Positions 27,330 through 35,818 of a DNA stretch of 42,559 nt are shown here, in pieces. Position 1 is the first letter of the stretch. Every line of letters starts with the position of its first letter. The stretch lies in sequence record SRR20825019_475; one strand, written 5' to 3'. The notes beneath the pieces are model-generated. The model worked only from the letters and a program-made list of their open reading frames with translations, was not told the origin of the DNA and made no database searches. The position numbers were made by a program, and so were the translations under genes.

Positions 27330-27544
27330 GTCAGGTCTTCCAATCCCCCCGCGCCTTTCCGGTGCACTTCGTGCTGGTCGACGATGATGGGTTGCCTTGG
27401 CTGGGCACGCTGGTGGCCGTGACGGTGGAAGGTTACGCGTTCCATATCGACGAGATCGATTCCGAGATCGTGTTGTCCGAGGAAACCCTCGAGGACATGT
27501 TCGACCGGGATGCCGCCGTCGAGATCCAGGGGGCGCCGTCATGA
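27326..27544 (+). CDS. 72-aa acidic protein resembling the N-terminal domain of the adjacent TnsB
   Basis: GGAGG RBS, ATGA overlaps with both tnsA and tnsB, and by-eye alignment to TnsB residues about 15-68. Confidence 0.8.
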   Translation: MSQVFQSPRAFPVHFVLVDDDGLPWLGTLVAVTVEGYAFHIDEIDSEIVLSEETLEDMFDRDAAVEIQGAPS

Positions 27545-29859
27545 GGCCGTCCTGGATCACCATCGACGTCGAGGCCGGCGAGACCTATTGGCTCACGCTG
27601 CCCGACCGCACGTTCCTCGCCACGTTCGAGAAGGTCACGCTCCAGCACCAACTGCGCTTTTCGGACGAGCAGCTGGACATGCCCGTCGATATCGCTCCGC
27701 ACCTCTTCGAGAAGATGCGGAGCGACGGGCGCGCCGTTCGCATTCCCAAGGGCAGCATCCCGAGCCGGAAAAAATCCGCCTTCGAGCTCGGCGACGTCCA
27801 TCCCTCGACCCTTCTCGATCCCGAGGAACGCGGCATCGGCGACAAGGAGCGCAAAGAACGGCTGGCCCAGTGGCAGAAGTTCGAGCGCGCGCGGACGCTG
27901 GCGTGGTGCGCATCGGAATACGACGCCACTCCTCACCTGGGCCGCGGGCACAACTGCATCGACGACCACTTCAAATCCAAGGACGTCAAGAAACGCGCCT
28001 GGGAGTTAGGCTTCGTGTGGCGTCCCGACGCGGCCACGATCCTCCGCGCCATCGATGCCTGCGGCGTGCCTGGGTCGCGCCCCGTCTCGGCGTTCTTCGA
28101 CAAGCGGGGCAAGCACGACCGGAGCAAGCGCTATCCGGAAGTTTTGCTGACGTGGGCCAAGGAAAGCATCGACGCTTACTGGGCATCGATCACCGAGCGC
28201 TACTGCGACGTGCGCGAGAGCTTCTACAAGAAGATCGACGAGGAGAACGAGGAGCGCGTCAAGCAGGGCCTCGAGAAATTGCCCCGAATTTCGCCCGAGA
28301 CCTTCCGCAAGTGGGTTGACGAAGAGGAGTCATGGTGGACCTGGTCGACCCGCTACGGCGAGAAGGCGGCCAACGCCCGCTACAAGGGTCGGGGCGTCCC
28401 GATGGAGGCGTCCCGCCCCCTCGAACTGGTGCTCATTGACCATACCCGTCTCGACGTGTGGGCCGTGGTCGAGGACCAATATGGTCGCCTCGTCATGACC
28501 GAACGTCCATGGCTCACCCTGGCCATTGATGTCTATAGCCGAATGATTCTCGGCGCGGTCCTGAGCTTCGAGCCGCCGAGCGTCTACAGCGCCATGCTCT
28601 GCCTGCGGCAGATCGTTCGAGCCAAGGACTTCCTCATCGAGAAGTACGGCCACCATAAGGGGGCGACGGACGGCTGGGGCAAGCCTACGACCATCGTCAT
28701 GGACAATGCCTGGGAGTTCTCCGGCATCTCCATGCAGTCGGTATGCGAGGCGGCGGGCATCCACGTCGTCTGGGCGCCGGTCGGCACGCCGACGTTCAAG
28801 GCGATCGTCGAGCGCTTCTTCCGCACCCTCAACGAAATGGTGTGGCACCGCCTCGGCAGCGGCATCCCGTTCAAGCCGCAGGTCATGCAGGAACTGGGCC
28901 TCGATCCCAGGGCGAAGGCGCTGTTCCGGATCGACTACCTCACCGCCAGGATGTGGGACGGCATCGTCAACATCTATCACGTCGAGCCTCATTCCGACCT
29001 AAACATGGCGCCCGCTGAACGCTGGTCAATGGGCGTCCAGGCCAAGACCCGTCCTACGATGGACGATGTGGGTGCCTTGGACAAGATGCTCGGCAATGTC
29101 TCGCGTTGCGTCCTGAGCGCCGAGGGCGTCTCCGTGAATGGCCAGCGCTTCCACGAGCCGGCGACCACGACGGCCTTGCTGGAGAACCTGCTGAAGTACG
29201 GCGCCAAGCGTTCGCGCCGCAAGGGCTTCGGCTCCAGCGGCACGGTGGCTGTGATCGCCAACTGGGATCGCGTGGATGCCAGCCATGTCCATGTCTGGGA
29301 TTTCTCCAACAATACGTCGGTGCGCCTGCCCAACGTCGACAAGCACGTGCACGGGGTCCCCGGTGTCGACGGAGCACCGGCCCAGGGATTGAGCTGGGCT
29401 GTGGTGGACGCGATCAAGGCGTTCGCCGCCGAACGCAACATGGCTTTCCACAGCCCCCAGGAAAAGGCTGCGGCCCGGCACGCCTATTACCACGAAATGC
29501 CGGAGAAGGTTGCGGCCATGCCGTTCAACGCCGCCCGGCACTACGCCGCCGAGATCGATCGTAGCCCCAGTCTGGTCGATGGCGACACCGTGATCCAGCA
29601 TGCCGTGCCGGCGACGCCGAAGGGTGCCGCCGCCGAGACACCGCGTGAATTCTCGGCGGCACACCGAACCGGCGAATGGGCACCGCCCAAGGCGCCGTCG
29701 CGGGGGCGGAAGAGCCGGTCTTCGGGATCGAAGGGCCGATCCGCTCCGCCGTCCGCGTCGCCGCCGAAGCCGCCCGAAACGCATCCCGCCCCTGCCGACC
29801 TATCCAACCACATCCTGAATTCCGCTGCTGCTCTAGATGCGCTCGCGGACGACCTTTGA
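27541..29859 (+). CDS. tnsB: TnsB-like DDE transposase
   Basis: Start trimmed to ATG 27541. LIDHT, RPWLTLAIDVYSR, VMDNA, KAIVERFFRTL, YHVEPHS; Pro/Ser-rich C-terminal tail. Confidence 0.92.
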   Translation: MRPSWITIDVEAGETYWLTLPDRTFLATFEKVTLQHQLRFSDEQLDMPVDIAPHLFEKMRSDGRAVRIPKGSIPSRKKSAFELGDVHPSTLLDPEERGIGDKERKERLAQWQKFERARTLAWCASEYDATPHLGRGHNCIDDHFKSKDVKKRAWELGFVWRPDAATILRAIDACGVPGSRPVSAFFDKRGKHDRSKRYPEVLLTWAKESIDAYWASITERYCDVRESFYKKIDEENEERVKQGLEKLPRISPETFRKWVDEEESWWTWSTRYGEKAANARYKGRGVPMEASRPLELVLIDHTRLDVWAVVEDQYGRLVMTERPWLTLAIDVYSRMILGAVLSFEPPSVYSAMLCLRQIVRAKDFLIEKYGHHKGATDGWGKPTTIVMDNAWEFSGISMQSVCEAAGIHVVWAPVGTPTFKAIVERFFRTLNEMVWHRLGSGIPFKPQVMQELGLDPRAKALFRIDYLTARMWDGIVNIYHVEPHSDLNMAPAERWSMGVQAKTRPTMDDVGALDKMLGNVSRCVLSAEGVSVNGQRFHEPATTTALLENLLKYGAKRSRRKGFGSSGTVAVIANWDRVDASHVHVWDFSNNTSVRLPNVDKHVHGVPGVDGAPAQGLSWAVVDAIKAFAAERNMAFHSPQEKAAARHAYYHEMPEKVAAMPFNAARHYAAEIDRSPSLVDGDTVIQHAVPATPKGAAAETPREFSAAHRTGEWAPPKAPSRGRKSRSSGSKGRSAPPSASPPKPPETHPAPADLSNHILNSAAALDALADDL

Positions 29860-29866
29860 GGTAACC

Positions 29867-30865
29867 ATGACCAAGACGCTTACCAACTCCGAGATCCTCG
29901 CCGTGTTCCGCAAGCTCAGGGTCAAGCACCCCCGTCTCGACATCGTCACGGAGGTTTGCGACGACCTTCGCGCCACGATCACCGACGATGAACCCAAGCA
30001 GTTCGGCACCCTGTTCGCACCCAGCCACGTCGGTAAGTCCACCGCGGTCAAGAACTACCAGGAAAAAGTCGCAGTGCCGGAAGCGATTTCCCGAGGGCTG
30101 GTTCCAGCCGATCTGCCCCTCGATGAACAGGTCCGCCTCCAAAAGCTCGTCGTGCATGTCACGCTGGAAGGCGGCGCGACGCCTCGTTCCCTGTGCGCCG
30201 ACATCCTGGCTGCCCTCGGCGATCCCCGCTCCGCCCGGGGATCGAAAAACCTGATGCTCCGCCGTGTGTATGACCTCCTGTCCACTCTCGGCGTGGAACT
30301 GCTTGTTATCGACGAGATCCAGCACTTGGCGGTCTCCAAGCACCGCATGTCTGAGGATGCGGACCTGCGCTCGATCGAGCGCTCCAGGACCAGCGAAGTG
30401 ACTGACACGTTGAAGGCCATGCTCATCCGCGGAGTGGTGCCTATGCTGTTCGTCGGCATCGAGGAGGCACGGCCCTACCTTCTCGACGACATCCAGCTTG
30501 CGCTGCGCTGCCATGAGGAGATCGACTTCGGTGAATTGTCCTGGGAGGATACGCAGGAGCGTCAGGTCTTCCAGGATTTCGTCGGACGCCTCGGCATTCA
30601 TCTGGCCAAGGAGGGGTTGTTCCCGCAAAGGGCAGATTTCCTGAACGCGGATATCCCGGCGGCCTTGCACGAGGCTTCGCTCGGTCGTCTGGGCATCGCC
30701 TGCCGCATCGTCGCCAAGGCCTGCATGCATGCTGCCAAGGCCAAGGCGGATACTGTGACGCGCGAGCACCTGTCCAAGGCGGTCGATACCTTCGCGATCC
30801 CGCGCGGCATCGTGAAGACCAACCCCTTCAAGCGCGGCGGCGACGCCCGACTGGTGGCCGCATGA
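29867..30865 (+). CDS. tnsC: TnsC/TniB AAA+ ATPase
   Basis: GAGG RBS. Walker A APSHVGKS, Walker B LLVIDEIQH, QLALR, C-terminal NPF. Confidence 0.9.
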   Translation: MTKTLTNSEILAVFRKLRVKHPRLDIVTEVCDDLRATITDDEPKQFGTLFAPSHVGKSTAVKNYQEKVAVPEAISRGLVPADLPLDEQVRLQKLVVHVTLEGGATPRSLCADILAALGDPRSARGSKNLMLRRVYDLLSTLGVELLVIDEIQHLAVSKHRMSEDADLRSIERSRTSEVTDTLKAMLIRGVVPMLFVGIEEARPYLLDDIQLALRCHEEIDFGELSWEDTQERQVFQDFVGRLGIHLAKEGLFPQRADFLNADIPAALHEASLGRLGIACRIVAKACMHAAKAKADTVTREHLSKAVDTFAIPRGIVKTNPFKRGGDARLVAA

Positions 30866-32796
30866 CGCTTCCTGTCTCCGTCCTGCCCCATGGCGACGAG
30901 CATCTCCCGGGCCTGGTCGTCCGCGCGGGCAATCTCATGGGCTACGATCTCACCAGCGATGTCCTCATCCCTCTGGGATACAAGTCCCGCGCTGAATCCA
31001 TCGCGTCCGCGCCCGGTTTGAAGTTTCCCCTTGCGGATCATCTGGGATGCCGCGTCGAGGATATTTCGCCGCTCTTCCTCGATCAGGCCGGGCGTTCCGG
31101 CTGGTTGCGGTTCTTCGGTGCCGAGATTCGCGCGATCCACCGCGAGGTGACCGTGCGCCGCATCGCGCCCGGGACGCTCGCGACATGCGGATACCACAAG
31201 GCGGCCTGGCAGATCCGTGCCTTCGGCTTCGATCCGGCAACGGGCGAGCGCCTGATCTCGGAGTGTCCGGTCTGCGGGACGACGTTGGGCTGGGTGCGGG
31301 TCCGCGATCTGGCGTTCTGCGACCGCTGCGATCGGGTGGACGACCATGGGTTCGTTCGCTCCAAGGTCGATCTGCGGGATTGGCCACAGGAGAAGGTGGA
31401 GGTGGAGGACATGGAGGCCTTGCGCTTCGTGACCTCGCTCGTCGATCCCGATCCTGCCGTCAGGGCAGCTTACGCGCCGGCGCTGCACCCCGATATCGAA
31501 ACGGATCGCGGATCCCTGTTCGAGTTCGCGATCTCGATCGCGAGCGCCATGACGCAGGACCCGAAACGCTCGGTCACGTCGGTGGCCAAGCCCGGGAGCC
31601 GCGAGATGTTCGATCGCATCGAACCCGATGTCCTCGCCAAGGCGGGCCGCGTGGTCCTGTCTTGGCCCGATGGGTTTCACGACCTCTGCTCGCAAGCCCG
31701 TGATTCCGCGAGCGAACGCAGCGGCCATTACGGCGTGAAGAAGGAGATCGGATCGCTCTATGCCCTGACCACGGACCGCGCGCTCCCTCCCGAACTGCGT
31801 GCCGCTGTGCGGAAGTCCGTCGAGGACGACATGGCCATGACCGCGGTCAGTCTGCCCACCGTGCGCAAGGGCAGCTATCGCAATCGCTCCGATCTCCTGA
31901 CGGCCTACGAGGCCGCCAAGGAATTCGGCATCCGCCCGAAGCTGTTCAAGATTCTGGCCGGGCATCCGGAGGTGCGCGTCATCCGCAATGCGGGATCGAA
32001 GAACTCCCCTATGCTGTTCGAACGCGCACAGATCGCGATGATCGCCGCACAACGCGCGGACATGGAGGCCGCCAGTTCGGCTGCCGTCCGCCTCGGCCTA
32101 CCGACCGGGGCGATGGCCGAGCTGGCGGAGGCCGGACTAGTGGATACTGTTGGAGGTCCGGTCCTGATGCTCGCGGTGGGCAAGGAATACTACACGCGTT
32201 CTAGCGTCAACCGGCTGGTGGACCGCCTGGAATCGAAAGTGTTGCCCGCGGTACCGCCATCCACCTATATCCGCTTGACCAAGGCGGTCTACAGGTTGCC
32301 GCCCGGGCCGAAACCATGGGCGGGCATCATCGCCAGGGTGATCGACGGGACCATCCCAGTGCACCGTATCGACGGCAGGCTGACCGGCACCATGACATCG
32401 TTGGCGGCGCCGGATTTCGAAACCGTCGTAGCAGCAGTCGGGCGGCATGCCGGTTCTGATGAAGCCCGTGACGGTCTGCTCACCCACATAGAGGCGTCGG
32501 TCCTACTTGGCGTCACCGAGCCAATGGTTGGTCGCTTGGTCCTTCGACGGCTGCTTCCCGTCAAGGCCAAAGGCCAGGTTTCGATTGCCCGGGCCGACGT
32601 GTTCGCCGTGGCGCGAAAGTGGATGTTCACGAATGAAGCCTCGCGGCGCCTCGGCGTTCCGAACCGCCTGGTGCGCACCACCCTCGCCAAGTTCGGAGTC
32701 CACCCGAAGCACGAACTTCGTGAGCGGCAGCAGCTCGTCTTCGCGCGTGAAGAAGTCGAGCGCGTGCTCGAGACCGTGGTGAGCACCGCCGCCTAG
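30862..32796 (+). CDS. tniQ: TniQ/TnsD-like target selector with tandem C-terminal HTH modules
   Basis: N-terminal LPVSVLPHGDEHLPGLVVR, AWQ...LISECPVC...FCDRC. Repeated EAxxxLG-type HTH motifs in the C-terminal half. ATGA-coupled to tnsC. Confidence 0.85.
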   Translation: MTLPVSVLPHGDEHLPGLVVRAGNLMGYDLTSDVLIPLGYKSRAESIASAPGLKFPLADHLGCRVEDISPLFLDQAGRSGWLRFFGAEIRAIHREVTVRRIAPGTLATCGYHKAAWQIRAFGFDPATGERLISECPVCGTTLGWVRVRDLAFCDRCDRVDDHGFVRSKVDLRDWPQEKVEVEDMEALRFVTSLVDPDPAVRAAYAPALHPDIETDRGSLFEFAISIASAMTQDPKRSVTSVAKPGSREMFDRIEPDVLAKAGRVVLSWPDGFHDLCSQARDSASERSGHYGVKKEIGSLYALTTDRALPPELRAAVRKSVEDDMAMTAVSLPTVRKGSYRNRSDLLTAYEAAKEFGIRPKLFKILAGHPEVRVIRNAGSKNSPMLFERAQIAMIAAQRADMEAASSAAVRLGLPTGAMAELAEAGLVDTVGGPVLMLAVGKEYYTRSSVNRLVDRLESKVLPAVPPSTYIRLTKAVYRLPPGPKPWAGIIARVIDGTIPVHRIDGRLTGTMTSLAAPDFETVVAAVGRHAGSDEARDGLLTHIEASVLLGVTEPMVGRLVLRRLLPVKAKGQVSIARADVFAVARKWMFTNEASRRLGVPNRLVRTTLAKFGVHPKHELRERQQLVFAREEVERVLETVVSTAA

Positions 32797-32850
32797 CAGG
32801 GCGCCGTCCGCCACCTAAACGATTGATCGAAATCGCCGGTTTCTGTTCTA

Positions 32851-32880
32851 TGGTCGGGCCTTCGCCCGGCCATTTTTCTT
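32851..32880 (+). terminator. Rho-independent terminator of the tns operon
   Basis: TGGTCGGGC-cttc-GCCCGGCCA followed by TTTTTCTT. Confidence 0.65.
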
Positions 32881-32902
32881 GGCCTGCGCGGCACCGCAGG
32901 CC

Positions 32903-33062
32903 ATCGACTCGTATTTGCCTGTCGAAACGTCGATTATCGACTCATGATTGCTGGTCGCGTACTTGGGATCGACTCAGAATTCCCTGTGGCGTTGACTCAG
33001 AATTTTCCTGCCGTCATTGAATCCAAAGGGTTTTTTCGACTCAGGATTTATAGGTCCTGACA
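32903..33062 (-). repeat. Transposon end: five putative TnsB-binding repeats plus a TGT terminus
   Basis: GACTC cores at 32906, 32939, 32971, 32994 and 33038 (consensus tcGACTCAgrATT). Read inward, the terminus is TGTCAGGA-CCTATAAATCCTGAGTCGA, starting at 33062. Confidence 0.75.
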
Positions 33063-33330
33063 TATCTCAATTGCCTTGCGTGAAGAGCCGTTCTGGCTCA
33101 CATCGCGCTCAGTTAAGTTTGATGAAACATCCCAAAATGACAGTTCTTCAGCAATTCGTTGACATTGTTCCTTCGCCTGATGGAACTCACGTCAGATTTT
33201 AATTGATTGCCGAAGTCGTTTCCGAGAATCAATATTTGGCTGTTCTCTGTAGAGGGAGTTCTCGCGATCAGGGCGGTTCTTGCTATGACAGACGATATGA
33301 GAATGTGTATCCAATGGGGCTTTGGGCGTC

Positions 33331-33969
33331 ATGATCATTAGAAAAATTGGCAGTAGTTGGCGCCATTACCTTGGCGCTGTCTTGGCGACGGTATGGTTTT
33401 CGAGCCAGGCCTATGCTCTGGAATTCTCCAGCCACCCCAATGCGGCGAGTATGCCCGCTGTCACCGCAATTCTCGCGGAAGGCGATATCAGGGAAGGTGA
33501 CGTCGAACGACTGTCTGAGTACTTATCGACTGCCGTCATACGGGAAACCATCGCGATCTATCTCGCCAGCCCTGGTGGTTCTCTCTACGAAGGCATGCGG
33601 CTAGGTCGGTTCTTCAAAGAACACAATATCAAGACAGTCGTAGAGGGCGACAGAGTTTGCGCAAGCGCTTGCGCCTTGGCCTTTCTCGGTGGACGAGATA
33701 ATGCGGGTAAGCCTTGGCGTTCAAGTTCATCGAACAGCATGCTTGGCTTTCACGCTTTCTATTCTGATATCGCCCCTCAGGACGAGAATGAAACACAACT
33801 GGTTGTGTCGCATGTGCTTGAGTATGGACATGAGGTGGACGCCCCGCTGGAGATATTGATCCTGAATTTCGCAACGCCGTCGGACTCGATGTACTGGCTG
33901 AGTGCGCAAGAGATTTGCTCTTTGGGCATTAAGCTCTGGGATGTGCCTGGAAATCAATTCACTTGTTGA
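33331..33969 (+). CDS. Exported ClpP/crotonase-fold protein (COG3904-like)
   Basis: Signal peptide ending AYA, LASPGGS, CASACALAFLGG, LGFH. Low GC. Confidence 0.75.
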   Translation: MIIRKIGSSWRHYLGAVLATVWFSSQAYALEFSSHPNAASMPAVTAILAEGDIREGDVERLSEYLSTAVIRETIAIYLASPGGSLYEGMRLGRFFKEHNIKTVVEGDRVCASACALAFLGGRDNAGKPWRSSSSNSMLGFHAFYSDIAPQDENETQLVVSHVLEYGHEVDAPLEILILNFATPSDSMYWLSAQEICSLGIKLWDVPGNQFTC

Positions 33970-34108
33970 GTTGGTAGTCGTGATTTCCTGCATCATGCTT
34001 TCCCGACGCCTCTGCCATTGTGTTATTTCTTGAAGTGGTCGGTCTCCCCGAATTCTTCACCCCTCGCTAACCCTTTCACCTCCTGCGCCAATGCGTCACG
34101 ATTTACTT

Positions 34109-34137
34109 CGTTCAGTTCATTCAGTATGGACTGAACG
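34109..34137 (+). promoter_or_regulatory. 12-5-12 inverted repeat, probable operator of the GbsR/MarR regulator
   Basis: CGTTCAGTTCAT-tcagt-ATGGACTGAACG (one mismatch), just upstream of the RBS. Confidence 0.65.
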
Positions 34138-34154
34138 ACAGAACGAGGTGTGGC

Positions 34155-34622
34155 TTGAGCGCGACGACGCAGTTTATCGAGGAAATGGGGCTGATAGCCC
34201 AGGAGCGGGGGGAATCGCGGATTTCCGGTCGCCTGATCGGCCTGATGGTGGTCGAGGGGCAGGAGCTCAACCTCGTGCAGATCAGCGAGAAGCTGGCGAT
34301 CAGCCGAGCCAGCGCGAGTACCAATGCACGCGACCTGGCGCGCAAGGGCATTCTCAAGTTGCGCACCCATGCCGGGGACCGGCAGGATTATTACCAGCTG
34401 GTCAGCCTCAGTGAAATCGATGTGGTGGGCGACCTTGCCGCGCAATTTGAGCGACAAGCGCAAACAATAAAAAACTGTGTCGAGGCTATGCAGGTCGAGA
34501 ACGCCGAGGCGGCCCGGCGCGCGGCGGTGGTCCAGAACTTTCTGGAAAAGTCTGCCGATATCCTGACCCATTGGGTGACGACGCTCCGCGCTGCGGACGA
34601 GCATGAGAAGGACGAAAAATGA
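34155..34622 (+). CDS. GbsR/MarR-family transcriptional regulator
   Basis: GAGGTG RBS then TTG. FIEEMG...SRISGRLIGL...ISRASASTN...GDRQDYY. Confidence 0.88.
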   Translation: MSATTQFIEEMGLIAQERGESRISGRLIGLMVVEGQELNLVQISEKLAISRASASTNARDLARKGILKLRTHAGDRQDYYQLVSLSEIDVVGDLAAQFERQAQTIKNCVEAMQVENAEAARRAAVVQNFLEKSADILTHWVTTLRAADEHEKDEK

Positions 34623-35815
34623 CCGACGCGCAGACCAAGCCCGAATGGGCACAGAGCCGCCGCGAAAAGGAAAATGCCGCGCGCGTGGCGCAGGGTCTCA
34701 AGCCCAAGCGCCGGATCATGCCCTGGATTGTCCTGGCGGTGATCATTGCCGGGGTGGTGGGTTTCGTGGTGCTGCGGCCGGCCGAGGCTCCGGTGGGCGA
34801 GGTGGCGGAGACCGGACCGGTGGTGATGCAGGTCCGGCGGTCCGAGACCACGTCCATTGCGCCCGATACGCTGCGCGAAACGGTCAAGGTGACTGGTACG
34901 CTGGTGCCGGCGCGTCAGTCCGACGTGGCCTCGCAGGCATCGGGCCGGGTTATGGCCGTCATGGTGCGGCCGGGTGATACGGTCCGCGAGGGCGATGTGC
35001 TGGCGCAGATCGATCGGGCACCGCTCGAATTGCAGCTCAATCAGCAGCGCGCCACGGCCAATGCGACCCGGGCGCAGCTCAATTCATCCGAGCAGAGCCT
35101 GACGCGCACCGAAGAGCTGGCCCGACAGGGGCTGGCCAGTCCCTCGACGCTGGACCAGGCGCGCTCGTCGACCGAGGCGCTGCGCGCCAATCTGGCGGCG
35201 CTGGAAAGCGCAGTGGAGTCGGCGGAACTGGCGCTGAACAATGCAACGGTCAAATCGCCGCTTGATGGCGTGGTCTCGTCGCGCTCGGTGGATAGTGGGC
35301 AGACGGTTTCGGCCGGCACGCCCCTGTTCACCGTCGTCAATCTTGACGAAATGGAGTTCGATGCGACGGCGTCGGTCACGTCGAGCGCCCGTGTCGCGCC
35401 CGGCCAGCAGGTGACCGTCGACGTCACCGGGCTCGATGGCCAGAGCTTTAATGGCACCGTCACGCGGGTCAATCCGGTCTCGCTGAGCGGTACGCGCACC
35501 GTGCCGATCTATATCGAGCTCAGCAATGAAGGCGGGGAATTGCGCGGCGGCATGTTTGCCACCGGGCACATCACGGTTGAGCAGGCTGAGGACGCTATCG
35601 CGGTGCCCGCCGCAGCTTTGCGTGAGGATGCCGAGGGCCAATTCGTGCTCAAGCTGGTGGATGGCACGCTTGAGCGCCAGGGCATCGAAATGGTGCGCGA
35701 ATGGGAGCGTGGCCGGCTGATCGAAGTGACGGGTCTCAACGCCGGAGATGTGATCGTTTCGGCGCCCTTGTCCGAGCTTGAGGCCGGCAACGCCTACACA
35801 CTCGTGGAGGGATAA
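34619..35815 (+). CDS. RND efflux periplasmic adaptor (MFP)
   Basis: TM, lipoyl half-motifs SGRV...PGDTV..G.VL and SPLDGVV...GQTV..GTPLF, alpha-hairpin, LRGGMF. Confidence 0.93.
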   Translation: MTDAQTKPEWAQSRREKENAARVAQGLKPKRRIMPWIVLAVIIAGVVGFVVLRPAEAPVGEVAETGPVVMQVRRSETTSIAPDTLRETVKVTGTLVPARQSDVASQASGRVMAVMVRPGDTVREGDVLAQIDRAPLELQLNQQRATANATRAQLNSSEQSLTRTEELARQGLASPSTLDQARSSTEALRANLAALESAVESAELALNNATVKSPLDGVVSSRSVDSGQTVSAGTPLFTVVNLDEMEFDATASVTSSARVAPGQQVTVDVTGLDGQSFNGTVTRVNPVSLSGTRTVPIYIELSNEGGELRGGMFATGHITVEQAEDAIAVPAAALREDAEGQFVLKLVDGTLERQGIEMVREWERGRLIEVTGLNAGDVIVSAPLSELEAGNAYTLVEG

Positions 35816-35818
35816 GCC

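Larger units (their letters stand above)
1..33062. mobile_element. Tn7-like transposon / genomic island (left boundary not seen, probably beyond the window)
   Basis: tnsABC-tniQ, an end array at 32903-33062, and accessory cargo. The leftward extent is inferred from cargo character only. Confidence 0.6.

Noticed and set aside
32903-33062. CRISPR array or CAST interpretation of the repeats
   Set aside because: The repeats are short, degenerate and irregularly spaced (23-44 bp), and there are no cas genes. They fit TnsB sites better.
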